A stretch of 64,000 nucleotides of DNA from Pachysolen tannophilus NRRL Y-2460 (taxonomy: Eukaryota), in NCBI GenBank assembly GCA_001661245.1, contig KV454012.1, forward strand, positions 1 to 64,000, read 5' to 3'. Shown here piece after piece: positions 22,936 through 34,076 of the stretch. Position 1 is the first letter of the stretch. Every line of letters begins with the position of its first letter. The position numbers and the translations under genes were made by a program. A model generated the notes under the pieces. That model saw nothing but the letters and a program-made list of their open reading frames with translations. It did no database searches and was not told where the DNA came from.

Positions 22936-24189
22936 ATGTCGAGAATATCAGGAATAGAAACTCCACAAACACCATCGATTCCCAATCCGAATTCAGAGAT
23001 AAATTTGAAAACTCTTGAAGATATAGAGTCTCATCAAAATTTTGATTTGGATTTGAATCCAGATCTTTCGGAGGATGACGATGATGTTGATAATGACGAT
23101 GTATTAGAACCAGCAAATGATGATGAGATTATTATGGAGACGAGTTTAGATAAACATACCAACTCTAGTTCACTGTTGGAGCAATTTAAGAAAGAAAATA
23201 AAGGAATTGAAAGTCTTGGGTCATCTACTTCATTGAAGAGTACTGTGTATCCAAATATAAGTTCCGACGGTGAATTATTAGATGATGGAGGATTTCTTGA
23301 TGTAATTGAGCATAGGAATTCTCCGATAAATCCATTCAAAGAAGTCATCAAGAATGAAGAAACTGATGATAACAAAATAAATGATGATTATGATATTATA
23401 CCGAGACAAGAAATTATTAATAATGCAAGTTCAAGAGGCTTATCATTACCACAGCAAAGTAAAATCATAAATTATATTGATGAAAGATTGCTCAAGGTCC
23501 ACAGAAAATTTATAAAGCATTTATCATATGAAGAAGATTTCGATAATGATGATAATGGTGATGATGATAAAAGTGGTGGAAATTCCCCAAAAAGCAAGGA
23601 TTATTCGATAAGTGAATTAATGAACGAATTATCTGAGATTGTCCACTTTATATGGTATTCCATATATCAAACAAAAGAGATTCCAAATGTACAACAAATA
23701 CACTCTTTACCACGGAGTGTTCATCCAGATAGAATATTTGGACAAACAAATTATCTAATTAAGATTATGGGTGATTCTGTAGATTTTATTGTGAAATACG
23801 AATTCAATAATTTGCTGGAATTATTAGTGGTTTTAACGTTTTTAAAAAATTTAGATAATTTCATAAGTATCTTGATTGATCAAAGTGAACACTCAAGAAT
23901 AAAATTGATAAACAACACAGAAAAAATAAGGATTATTAGTATAATTAATAGAACAAAAATACTTATTTTGGAGAAATTTGAAAAATTGAAATTAAAATCT
24001 TTAAAAGAAAGAAGTCCAGAACAGGAAAATGAATTAATAAAAGACCATCACCACAACAATAAGAGGGATTTTAACTCTCTTATTACAAACCACCATAGTC
24101 ATGATAATGATAACACGAACCCATTTTATATTTACGGTGAGAAAATAGGAGAGGTTTATGAAGGTATTTTGGAAAGAACTTCAATTTAG
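22936..24189 (+). CDS. Putative TFIIH subunit Tfb6-like protein
   Basis: 417 aa with an acidic disordered N-terminus. The segments LSxxQQSKIINYIDERLLKVHRKFIK and NNTEKIRIISIINRTK resemble the fungal TFB6 family as recalled; not verified by search. Confidence 0.55.
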   Translation: MSRISGIETPQTPSIPNPNSEINLKTLEDIESHQNFDLDLNPDLSEDDDDVDNDDVLEPANDDEIIMETSLDKHTNSSSLLEQFKKENKGIESLGSSTSLKSTVYPNISSDGELLDDGGFLDVIEHRNSPINPFKEVIKNEETDDNKINDDYDIIPRQEIINNASSRGLSLPQQSKIINYIDERLLKVHRKFIKHLSYEEDFDNDDNGDDDKSGGNSPKSKDYSISELMNELSEIVHFIWYSIYQTKEIPNVQQIHSLPRSVHPDRIFGQTNYLIKIMGDSVDFIVKYEFNNLLELLVVLTFLKNLDNFISILIDQSEHSRIKLINNTEKIRIISIINRTKILILEKFEKLKLKSLKERSPEQENELIKDHHHNNKRDFNSLITNHHSHDNDNTNPFYIYGEKIGEVYEGILERTSI

Positions 24190-24511
24190 GTCTAATTTTT
24201 TTTCTTCTTTTTCTTTTTCACTTAGTTATTTATTTACTTTTACTATGCTCTTTCTACTGACTAGCAGTTTATATTTATCTTTTATGTACTTTATATGACA
24301 CTAACTTGAAAATGAATGGTTAAATCATTGATTCGTCGTTAACACCACCATCTTCTTTGATATCGCTCTGTTGTTGTAGCGATGGTAAAGGTAGTGCGTT
24401 GAAGTACCGACTGTTTTAATTACCACCAAGATGATAATGAGTTAAGTTGACCAAAACTCCAACTGTTAAGTCCAGTGTTTTCGGTTAAAGTTCGGATAAT
24501 AAATTAGCAAG

Positions 24512-25264
24512 ATGGTATGGTGGCCATTTGGATCCAGTGGGAATGCCAATTCTGGTAGAATAAAGTATGATGAGGATCAAATTAGGAAAGCTGATGCGGA
24601 ATTGGCGTCAAGTATTCCAAAAGATTTAAAAGACTATTTAGACAACTATGAGCATTCATTGACAGATAGAGAGTTCAAAGAAAAAGTCCAGTTAATGAAT
24701 GATATTTCGAATTTGAATCCAGCTCCTTCGGTAAATAGAGCTGCTCATATACCAGAGGTTGAAGAAAAAAATGGATCTGTTTCTTCAGATTCTGTTATTG
24801 AATCAAATTTAAACGCAATGACCTCAATTACAAATGAAAAAGAAAATATAATACAATCCACAGAAAGACTCTCACAAGATCAGTTAAAACAGATGAGGGA
24901 AATAGATGAGTATAAACGCAAGAATCCAATGCATATTGCGATTTTAGAGAATTGTTCTGAGATACAGTATGAGTTTATAAATTGTTTAAGTAATGGGCCC
25001 TTTTTCGAAAGAATGAAAGGCTGTAATGATAAACAGAATTTCTATGATTCTTGTTTGAAAAGACAGTCAATGATATTCAAGATGTTTGATTACAACTCTA
25101 TGACTGCTATTGAAGAATTTGAAGAAATCAGAGGAATTGCTGATGATACGTTCAATAGATATTTTAAATGTAATGATGATTTTGAAGATAATGTAAAGAA
25201 TAAATTGTTTACTAAAGAATTGAAAGAAAAAAGAGAAAAATTTTATCAGAAATATGAGAAATGA
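24512..25264 (+). CDS. Conserved fungal hypothetical protein with twin CX9C motif
   Basis: 250-aa ORF with MVWWPFG N-terminus, C-SEIQYEFIN-C and C-NDKQNFYDS-C. Confidence 0.7.
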   Translation: MVWWPFGSSGNANSGRIKYDEDQIRKADAELASSIPKDLKDYLDNYEHSLTDREFKEKVQLMNDISNLNPAPSVNRAAHIPEVEEKNGSVSSDSVIESNLNAMTSITNEKENIIQSTERLSQDQLKQMREIDEYKRKNPMHIAILENCSEIQYEFINCLSNGPFFERMKGCNDKQNFYDSCLKRQSMIFKMFDYNSMTAIEEFEEIRGIADDTFNRYFKCNDDFEDNVKNKLFTKELKEKREKFYQKYEK

Positions 25265-25451
25265 TCATATTGAATTTTTATTCATTTGTATATATAATAT
25301 ATATATATCCGAGAAAGCTGCAGCTTTCATTATTTATTTACATCTATTTATTTAATTGCAGTTAGTGTAGATATTATTCTAAGAAAAGCGTTTTTAAGTA
25401 CAAAATCTCTATAAAAATCAAAGGTTTTGGGATTGACATAAAATCAATTTT

Positions 25452-28400
25452 TTAATCATCGTTATCATCCTCTTCGTCATCATCTTCATCTTCTTCATCA
25501 TCGTTGTCACTCTCATTCTCGTCACTGGAGACGTCAACAGATAATTCTTTTAATTTCTTCTTATATTTTTTATTCTTATCGTCTAACTCTGACATAACTA
25601 ATATTAAGTCATCCAACTCTGACTTGGGTATCAAGTTTTCACTCTTTTTTCTAAGTTCGTCAAGTGTTTGTTTTAGCTTTGAAGTTTCTTCAGTTTTCAA
25701 GTTATTCAGAGATTCTAAAGATTTCCTTTCCAGTTCACTATCTTTTAGTCTAGCCAAAGCATCTGAAAGCTCACTTTCAATTTTATCCTTTTCTGATTTT
25801 AAATCATTATATTTATTTTCGCTTGACGATTTCAAGCTCTTCTGCTTTTCTTCCAATTCCGTCGAACGCTTTTCCAGATTGTTAGTTCTCAAATTAAGCT
25901 CCTTTTGCAAATTTTCCCAGCTCTGCTTCAGTTCTTCAAGCAGTAGCAGTTTTGCTGCTAAGTCGTTACGTAAATCATCATTCTTCTTCAAAAGATCTTC
26001 ATTATACTTTTGCAATTTTTTTAATTGGCTATCAAATTTTGCTTTATCTTGAATGTATGTATCATTAATCTTATTCTTTGAAGCTTCCAACTCTTTCGAA
26101 CTTGCCTTAAGTTTATTCAAGTCAGACAAAGTTGAATTAAGACTTGATTTTGTATCTTCTAACTCCTTGAGATTATCATCCGATTTTTTCTTCAAAGAAA
26201 TTAATTCATCTTCTTTAGACTTGAAGTTATCACTGTTCTCAGCGATGGTTGCATTTTTTTGGATGACTGTTCTTTCCATCTCTTCATTCTTATCATTTAA
26301 CTCATCGATCTTTTCATTCAACTCCTTCTCGGCTCTCTCCAAGGAAGAAATTCTAGAGAGATAATTTTTTATAGCTGATTCTGAATTCTCACCTATGGAT
26401 TTTCTCTCCTCCTCAATTTCTTTCTGTTTCTCTGTCAAATTCTGATTTAAGGTTTTCAACTCAGCTTCATACTTGGATGTCTTCGATTTAAATAAGTTAT
26501 CTAAAATTTCGTATTTCTTGTTTAACGATTTCAATTCTTCATTCTTTGAGCTAATTTCTTTTGATAACAGTTCATTTCTGGAATTGGATTCTGTCAATTT
26601 TGAGTCGGTTTCGTTCATTTTCAAAGAAATCATTTCTAATGTTGATGAAATCGAATTTTTTTCTTCTGTAATATATTCTTTTTCTTGCTTCATTTCAGCC
26701 AAACTTTTCTTGCTTTTAGATTCAATTTCTTGTAATTGTATATTGAGTTCATTCAATTCTTCGTTTAAAGCAGCAATTTCATTCTCTTGATTTTGCAAAA
26801 GTTCTATATCCTTTTGTTTTTCTGATAACAAATCTTCAATTCTTTTTTCCATTTCTTTCTTAGAATCATTCAAGTCATTTATGGATTTTTCTTTAGCTTT
26901 CAATTCAGATTCGAAGTTTTTCTGAGTTTCGTTTTCTGTCTTCAAATCAGTTGCTAAATTTTCATTCTTTGTTCTCAATTCAGCATTCAACTGTTTAAAG
27001 TTCTCAAGTTTCGTACTTAAATCCTTGATAACACTGCTATTTTCCTCCATAGACTTCTCATGAGATTGTTTGAGGTCCTCGTGCTGTTTAGACAACTTCT
27101 TATTGTCGTCTTCAAATTTTGAAGCTTCTTCTCTAAGCTTCTTTATCTCTTTCTTAAGATCATTCATAGTTTCTTCAAGTGATAATTTAGATTCTTCCAA
27201 TTGTGATTTCAGAGTCGTCAAAACAGATATTTCCTTGTTTTGATTTTCCACTAATTTCGAAAGCTCATCTAATTGCTGTTTCATTTTGAAGACTTCGTTG
27301 TTTTTCTTCTGGTTTAATTCTTCTAATTTAAAAGTTAAATTATCCTTTTCAGTGTTTAACAGTTCGATTTTTCTTGAATTAACGTTCAATTTTTCAAGTA
27401 ACTCATTGTTTAAATCTTTTAACTTGCTTGATTCTAGTTCTGATTCAGATAGCCTGGAAGACAACAAATGTTGTTTTTCTTGGTTCGATGATAAATCTTT
27501 CATCAGCTTTGTTAGTTTTGTCTCTAACAAAACAATTTTTTCATCTCTTGCTTTCACAGTTGAGGTTAAATCTGCATTTAATTTTTTAAGATTTCCCAAA
27601 TCTTTAGTAGAAGATTTCTCTAAATTCTTCAACAGCTTTTCTACATTATCTTTCTCTCTTGATAACTTAAACAAGTCGCTACTCATCTTGTTGATATCAT
27701 TATCAGATTTAAGGGTTTTCTCTTTAATCGAATTCAATTGGGTAGTCAATTCTTTGTTTTTATTCTCCAATGACGATAATTCTGACATTGCCGATTGCAA
27801 ATCTTCGTAATATTTTGAAGATGAATTCTCCAAGTTAGCTTTTAAATCACTGACCTCGTTTAACTTAGCGGAAAGTTCATTCACTTTATTTTCTAAGTAT
27901 ATTTTTGATTCATTTAACTCATCTATTTTTTGAGTTTTTTCTGTGATTCCTTTTTCGTATTCTTCATTCTTCAAATTTAGCTCATTTAGTTCGTTGATTT
28001 TCAGATCATATGAGTCCTTGATCTCTTTATACTGGTTCAGAAGATGTAAATTGTTTTCCTCCAAGTCTTCCAAAATTTTATATGAAAGCTTTCCGATAGG
28101 TTCTGTAGATGGATTTTTCAATTTTCTAATTTTTGGGAAAACTTCATTGTTGAAAAATATTTTAAAATCATAAGTTAGATAGACTTCTGGAAGACCTGTC
28201 AAATGATCTTTCTTATAGTGAAATAAAGAGTCTTCACTTAACTTAACGACATAATCATTTTCTTTAAATTGTCTAAGTTTTGTAATATAGTTTTCCTCTC
28301 CAATTGTTTTGATTACCAAACCGTAAAAAGCACTTCTTGAAATCACTGAATCTTTAGATGTTGAATCATAAATCACACCAATCAATATAATCAATAACGA

Positions 28401-30530
28401 ATCTGTGAGAGTTAAATCATTATTCATATTGAATTTGGGTTGAGAAACATATGACATTAAAGAAATTAAATTAGAATATTCTTTCAAAAAATCATTAGTT
28501 GAATCTTTATCGTTATACAACCAGCAAATTAATAATATCATGTATCCTATTGAAACTCTCGGATCAAGCGATAATTGTAAAGAATTAAGCAATAACTCTT
28601 CTATGGACTGCAATGGTGTAATGACTTCTTCGCCTCTTACAATATCCCCTATAGTAATAGATCTTGCAATTTGTTTGAATTCATCATTTGAAGAAATTAT
28701 GTTTGTCAAAATTATACAGGAAAACCATACTTTATAAGGATTTAGTTTTATATTTGAATCATAGTCCATCAAAGTTTTAAAAATATTTCCAAGGGGAATA
28801 TTTGCTGAACGATTCATCAAAGGTTTAGAATCTATTTTCAGTTGCTGCTGCTTATCATCGATATTGTTTGAGACATCATTCGAAAGCGCAGTAGAATCTG
28901 AAGTTTCAACAACGTTATTTTCAGTACTACTTATGGCTGAAGATTCTGTATTCACATTGCCATTGACTTCTGTGGTTTCGTATTTTGTGCCATTCCCATT
29001 TTTTTCAATTTCTTCATCTCTTTTACCATTAATTGGTATACTATCACCATTTTCTTGTGGATGAGAATTATTTTCTTCCTCTTGTTTTTTTTCTCTTTCT
29101 ACATATGTTCCATTCATTCTTTCGTATTCCAGAATTTGATCATCTAAAAATGCTTTTTTAGCATCATAATTATCTTCAAAGTATGCTTCAAGAACAATTG
29201 AACTAGCAACTCTAATATCAAAAGTATGGACCGAATTACAATATAACAGCCAATTCAATAAAGCTACTGTAACTGGAATTAACTCTAATGAATCTGACTC
29301 CTGGTTGTTGTTGTTGTTGTTGTTGTTGTTGCTGTTATTAATGTTATTATTATTATTTGAATTAGGAGCTGAAGGATCAATATATGGAACATCTATCTGA
29401 GAAAAACTTAATTGCAAATCTGGATTTGATTTTATCAAATTAGCACATGCTAATAACGATTTAGATTTTATCTTATTTGGAGTTTTCATTATGAAAATTA
29501 ACCTTAATAAGCTGAATAGTATTCCATTATCTGCAAGGATTTTTTGATTTACATGATTATTATCAATTATAAATATCTCAATGATTTTTATAGATCTAAT
29601 CATATTTGCAATTTGTTGATCAGTTCTCCATATGAATTCAGGATCATTTAATGGTTGATTAATTAAATTTGATAATTTTGGAACATAATTTGTTTCTAAA
29701 AACAATGTTTGATTTGATGAATTATAATTCAATAATTCAAATATTAATTTTAAACAATCTTGAACAACAATACTACCTTCAATTCCTCCTTCTAAATTTA
29801 TAATTTGGAAAATTTTATCAAATGAATTTTCAAAAGCAATTAATTTTTGTATATTAAAATTATTTTGTGATAAATTAGTTAATAATAAAATAGATTCATT
29901 TCTAATTGGTTCATGAACATCATCCAATGTTTGAATTAAAACTGACAAATTCAAAGGAAAAGATAATAAACATTCTTTTGTTCGTACTGTTCTTGTTGAA
30001 ACTAAAAGTTCTAATACTTGTAAAACATATAATTTTATATAAAAATCATTATTTTCACTTATTAAATCAATTAAAAGATTAATATTTGATTCATTTGATA
30101 ATAATTCATCAGCAACAAACAAAGATATTTGATCAATTGGTGTTTTAATATTTGCAAATTCAGAATCTTGAATTCTAAGATTTTGATCTCTAAAATTTAT
30201 AGTAATTAATTCATCTTCATCTTCATCAGCAATATTTTCATCTGTAAGATCTGTTTTAATAAATAAAATTAAAAAAGTTTTCAAAATCGATTTTACTATA
30301 TTTAAATCATCTAATTTCTTAACAATTGAAAAAGTCGAAATTAAACCTTTTAATCCATGTGCAACAACAAATTCTCTATATTGTCGACTAAAACCTTTTA
30401 ATGTTAAAATAGCCGCCCTTTTATCTGAAAGTAACGTAGAATGGTTTAACCGATCACATATTGTAATAATAGTCTCTTCAACCGATTGTTGCTTACTATT
30501 GGTCGATAAAAACCCAGATATAGCATCCAT
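25452..30530 (-). CDS. USO1: ER-to-Golgi vesicle tether Uso1/p115
   Basis: 1692 aa. Armadillo head (QSVEETI..ICDRL.HSTLLSDKRAA, NIQKLIAFEN, IVVQDCL, NSVHTFDIRVA), long coiled coil, ELDDLILVMSELDDKNKKYKKKL and an acidic tail. Confidence 0.95.
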   Translation of the reverse strand: MDAISGFLSTNSKQQSVEETIITICDRLNHSTLLSDKRAAILTLKGFSRQYREFVVAHGLKGLISTFSIVKKLDDLNIVKSILKTFLILFIKTDLTDENIADEDEDELITINFRDQNLRIQDSEFANIKTPIDQISLFVADELLSNESNINLLIDLISENNDFYIKLYVLQVLELLVSTRTVRTKECLLSFPLNLSVLIQTLDDVHEPIRNESILLLTNLSQNNFNIQKLIAFENSFDKIFQIINLEGGIEGSIVVQDCLKLIFELLNYNSSNQTLFLETNYVPKLSNLINQPLNDPEFIWRTDQQIANMIRSIKIIEIFIIDNNHVNQKILADNGILFSLLRLIFIMKTPNKIKSKSLLACANLIKSNPDLQLSFSQIDVPYIDPSAPNSNNNNNINNSNNNNNNNNNQESDSLELIPVTVALLNWLLYCNSVHTFDIRVASSIVLEAYFEDNYDAKKAFLDDQILEYERMNGTYVEREKKQEEENNSHPQENGDSIPINGKRDEEIEKNGNGTKYETTEVNGNVNTESSAISSTENNVVETSDSTALSNDVSNNIDDKQQQLKIDSKPLMNRSANIPLGNIFKTLMDYDSNIKLNPYKVWFSCIILTNIISSNDEFKQIARSITIGDIVRGEEVITPLQSIEELLLNSLQLSLDPRVSIGYMILLICWLYNDKDSTNDFLKEYSNLISLMSYVSQPKFNMNNDLTLTDSLLIILIGVIYDSTSKDSVISRSAFYGLVIKTIGEENYITKLRQFKENDYVVKLSEDSLFHYKKDHLTGLPEVYLTYDFKIFFNNEVFPKIRKLKNPSTEPIGKLSYKILEDLEENNLHLLNQYKEIKDSYDLKINELNELNLKNEEYEKGITEKTQKIDELNESKIYLENKVNELSAKLNEVSDLKANLENSSSKYYEDLQSAMSELSSLENKNKELTTQLNSIKEKTLKSDNDINKMSSDLFKLSREKDNVEKLLKNLEKSSTKDLGNLKKLNADLTSTVKARDEKIVLLETKLTKLMKDLSSNQEKQHLLSSRLSESELESSKLKDLNNELLEKLNVNSRKIELLNTEKDNLTFKLEELNQKKNNEVFKMKQQLDELSKLVENQNKEISVLTTLKSQLEESKLSLEETMNDLKKEIKKLREEASKFEDDNKKLSKQHEDLKQSHEKSMEENSSVIKDLSTKLENFKQLNAELRTKNENLATDLKTENETQKNFESELKAKEKSINDLNDSKKEMEKRIEDLLSEKQKDIELLQNQENEIAALNEELNELNIQLQEIESKSKKSLAEMKQEKEYITEEKNSISSTLEMISLKMNETDSKLTESNSRNELLSKEISSKNEELKSLNKKYEILDNLFKSKTSKYEAELKTLNQNLTEKQKEIEEERKSIGENSESAIKNYLSRISSLERAEKELNEKIDELNDKNEEMERTVIQKNATIAENSDNFKSKEDELISLKKKSDDNLKELEDTKSSLNSTLSDLNKLKASSKELEASKNKINDTYIQDKAKFDSQLKKLQKYNEDLLKKNDDLRNDLAAKLLLLEELKQSWENLQKELNLRTNNLEKRSTELEEKQKSLKSSSENKYNDLKSEKDKIESELSDALARLKDSELERKSLESLNNLKTEETSKLKQTLDELRKKSENLIPKSELDDLILVMSELDDKNKKYKKKLKELSVDVSSDENESDNDDEEDEDDDEEDDNDD

Positions 30531-31140
30531 AATCTATTTCAACAACAAAAAATCAATAGCGCTATGAATATTATATATATATATATATTTATATATATTT
30601 ATCACTATTCCAGCTCAATTAACCTTAACTAGTTTATATATGAATCGATGATTTACGCTGGTTTGCGTGTGTGCGCGCGTGTGTGTGTGTGTACGGTGAA
30701 AAAAAAAAAAAAAAAACTCCACGTAATATAAAATTTCCCGATACCTACCCTCACTTTTTCCAATGGCAAACACTACTGTTTTCTTGCCATTACAAAGCAG
30801 AGGGTTTCGCGTTGCTATAAGTTTCCACATTAGGTACTCAATACACGCTATCGTGTTAAAAATCGTTTCAAACATTTTTTTTTGGCAGATAAGAAGATCG
30901 TTTCGGATTTGGAGCGATACCTTTGGTTTTTTTAGTATTAAGTGAAAAGAATATAAAACTAATGTATAGAAAATGTATATAGATAACTATTACATGTTTT
31001 CAATATTGAATATAAAGTGATTTTTATTGATATTCAGTATTTGAAATATGAAATAACAAAGATTTTTTGAGTTTCAAACTCGGACCAAGTAGTATTGGAA
31101 AGAGGTTTTCCTTTAACTTCTAAGAGATGAGTATCATCGT

Positions 31141-31197
31141 ACACTCACACTCACACTCACACTCACACTCACACTCACACACACACACACACACACG
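31141..31197. repeat. Compound microsatellite (ACACTC)6 followed by (AC)10
   Basis: Read directly from the sequence, in the USO1-SCC4 divergent intergenic region. Confidence 0.9.
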
Positions 31198-31384
31198 TAA
31201 AAAGTGAAAAATATAAATTTAACGCGCGTTTTCAATGCGTACATATGAAAAGTTTGTTAGTTATTTATTTATATATATATTATTTAATACGGAACTCATG
31301 ATTTTTGAACCATTGGGAATAAGTTGTTATTTTTTCTTTTTTGGTGGTAGAGGTTTGTTTGATTGATTTGGTTTTGACTTTATT

Positions 31385-33739
31385 ATGGATTCTACACAGC
31401 TGTTTTATAGTAGTCAACCGATAGGTATACCTAGTTATGCTGAAAAATCTATTTGTCAATATTTTGGTAATATTCAATCAGAAAATTCGTTTAAGATTTA
31501 TAATTTGTTATATTCATCGGATAATTTCTTAAGACTTGCTCATGAAAAAGTTGGAATAACTCTTGATTTAGAGGGGAATTTTGGAAAATATTGTCAATTG
31601 ATTAAGCTGTCGATTAAATGTCTTTTGATATTGGTTAAAAAATATCAAAATTTATTGGATCTTGAATTACAAATTCTTATTTATCTTAAATTATCCAAAT
31701 TATACTATTTTGAAACTGAAAATCATGATTTAGCAGAAGAATTTATAAATAAAGGGATTTCATTAGCTACAAGAAATAATTTAATAAATTTAAAATTTCA
31801 ATGTGAATATTTAGCTTTACAAATTTCAATAGATAATAATCAAAAATTTGGTTTAAAATATTTAAATTTAAAAATTGAAGAATTTGAATCAAAAAATTTT
31901 AAAGGTTTATCTAATTTTTTAAAATTATTGAAATTTAAATATATTAATGTCATTGAACCAAAATATTCTTTAAATATTTTAAGAGATATCTTACAAGATA
32001 GTAACGGTTTAGATTTAACAACAAGACAACTAATCTTAATTAACCAAGTTTCAATTATAATGTATAATGGTAATATGATAGATGTAATACCTATTCTAAA
32101 TGAGTTGGATTATTTACAAAAAAATGAAAATAATAATTTACCACAATTAATTTCAATGAAATTTTTTTTCCAATTATTATATCATGTAAAGAATTATGAT
32201 ATGATCAAATGTAAAGAAAAAATAACGGAAATTGATGAATTTGTAAAATTACAAAATTCTAAAAATTGGCAAGGATGGAACCTGAATGGTGAAATTATTT
32301 TACATTTAAATATTCCTTTGGAACAACTGAATAATGTTTATTCAATTCCAAAAAATGAAGGAGGTAAACAATATATGGAAATTTCTTACAAAGTCTCATG
32401 GTTAAATAGCAATGAATTATTATTAAGATTATACTTTTTAAGTGGATTAGCTTATTTGAATAAATCTTATGATGGGAAGGAAAAATCTTTAAAATTTTTC
32501 CACGTTTGCAAAACATTGATCAATAATGAATTTTCTTATTTAAATCATTTGACTGCATCTCTACAGTTTTACGAGATGAAAATTTTAACTTTAAATTATT
32601 TTAAAATTTTAATCAATTACTATGAAATTTTGGCACGATTTATCTCTAATGATTTCAAATTATATCCTAATGACAAAGATCTGGAATTTTTCAAATTTAT
32701 AGATAACTACAATGCTGGCATGTTTTCTTCTCAAGAATTAATAATTTATCATAAATTGATACCTAAAATATTGTACTTATTTGGTTGCTATTATCAACAA
32801 AAACAACGGTTCTATTCAGCTAAAAATTACTTTATAAAATTGAAGACTCACTTATCTGATTCATCATTGACGGCTCCAGTTGATCTGAGGTTCATGAATG
32901 ATCCAATAAGAGTTTCTTTGATACAGTTTGAAAATTGTATTGGCGGTGATACATCCGCTTCAAAAAATGTTGATAACGAATATTTCATATTATCTAATCT
33001 CAACTTGTTGTTGATCTTAAGTTGGGAATTGAAAATAACTAAAAGCGAAAATGAGTTCATATATAAAAACAAATTAAAAAATGAAATGTTAAATATCTTA
33101 CAAAGCTTAAATGATAACGAAAATGATAATGAAGGAGAAATCCAATTTTCGAATAAAGAAAAGAAATCAGTTCTAATTTCAAATAGTTTGTTAATCCTCA
33201 CAATCAAAATTTTACAAGTCATTTATAATTCATCGACATTATCAGAAATGTGCTCTGTAAATACTGAAAATACCGCTGTTATTAATGTTTCCAAAAATAT
33301 AAATATCTTAAGTTCAATAATTAAGTCTTCGCCAGACTTTGATAAATTGCAAACTTATTCACCAGTGTTAACCTCTGTTTTCTTTTATATATCTTCATTT
33401 TACATTAAAGAAAGTGCACGTATTGATAATAGAGAAAACTTGATTTTGCAAAACTTTCTTAAATGTTATAATTTTGCTAAAATCTCCAGAAATTCAAAAT
33501 TTCTTTTGCTATCAAGTTATAAAATTTATCAGTTAATGTCTAATAGTAGTTCTTATTCAGTTGAAGAGGTTGAGGATCAAAAACTAAAGTACTTGAACTA
33601 TTTGAAATTATATAAGCAAGAATTTTCTGGCAACTACCATTCACCACTAACCACCAATAATAAAGCTATCGCAGATGTTACGTTTGAAACAGAAGGGGAA
33701 GATTACAATGATCTTACTTCTGCTGGAGATGCGATATAA
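31385..33739 (+). CDS. SCC4: Cohesin loader subunit Scc4/Mau2
   Basis: 784-aa helical/TPR-like protein. KY..LIKLSIKCL, LSKLYYFETENHDLAEEFINKG and WLN...L.YFLSGL match the Cohesin_load family pattern as recalled. Confidence 0.75.
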   Translation: MDSTQLFYSSQPIGIPSYAEKSICQYFGNIQSENSFKIYNLLYSSDNFLRLAHEKVGITLDLEGNFGKYCQLIKLSIKCLLILVKKYQNLLDLELQILIYLKLSKLYYFETENHDLAEEFINKGISLATRNNLINLKFQCEYLALQISIDNNQKFGLKYLNLKIEEFESKNFKGLSNFLKLLKFKYINVIEPKYSLNILRDILQDSNGLDLTTRQLILINQVSIIMYNGNMIDVIPILNELDYLQKNENNNLPQLISMKFFFQLLYHVKNYDMIKCKEKITEIDEFVKLQNSKNWQGWNLNGEIILHLNIPLEQLNNVYSIPKNEGGKQYMEISYKVSWLNSNELLLRLYFLSGLAYLNKSYDGKEKSLKFFHVCKTLINNEFSYLNHLTASLQFYEMKILTLNYFKILINYYEILARFISNDFKLYPNDKDLEFFKFIDNYNAGMFSSQELIIYHKLIPKILYLFGCYYQQKQRFYSAKNYFIKLKTHLSDSSLTAPVDLRFMNDPIRVSLIQFENCIGGDTSASKNVDNEYFILSNLNLLLILSWELKITKSENEFIYKNKLKNEMLNILQSLNDNENDNEGEIQFSNKEKKSVLISNSLLILTIKILQVIYNSSTLSEMCSVNTENTAVINVSKNINILSSIIKSSPDFDKLQTYSPVLTSVFFYISSFYIKESARIDNRENLILQNFLKCYNFAKISRNSKFLLLSSYKIYQLMSNSSSYSVEEVEDQKLKYLNYLKLYKQEFSGNYHSPLTTNNKAIADVTFETEGEDYNDLTSAGDAI

Positions 33740-34076
33740 GCAGGATTTCTTAAATCAAACTGGAAGTAAATATTTACTTAGTTTTGTGAAAGATATTATA
33801 ACAATAATACTGCTACAATTAACATCTTTGTTGTCGAAACTTTTTTGCCGTGAAACTGTCAATAGTAGTATATATCTATAAAACCAACAATATAGTTATA
33901 AAACCTAATCAAAAATACTAAACTAGAATAAAAAAATGAATTAATAATGAAGTAAAGAATATAAATGTAAAAGACTGTTAAAAAAGAAAAACATTTTGAA
34001 GTGAAATAATGGGAATAAAGATCTGTACTTGATGTCATATAACTCTAATATTCAAGAACAGAACAATAAAAAGAAA

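Noticed and set aside
24300..24500. Short hairpin (ATCGCT...AGCGAT) suggesting a tRNA or ncRNA
   Set aside because: No cloverleaf or A/B boxes; a stem this short is expected by chance.
25504..29064. Series of + strand Ser/Phe/Leu-rich ORFs
   Set aside because: They are antisense shadows of the Lys/Glu/Asn-rich USO1 coiled coil.
30700..31200. Telomerase RNA or snRNA/RNase MRP gene in the USO1-SCC4 intergenic region
   Set aside because: No full template match (CACCACTCAC) and no recognisable snRNA or MRP conserved boxes; an Infernal/Rfam scan would be needed to exclude it fully.
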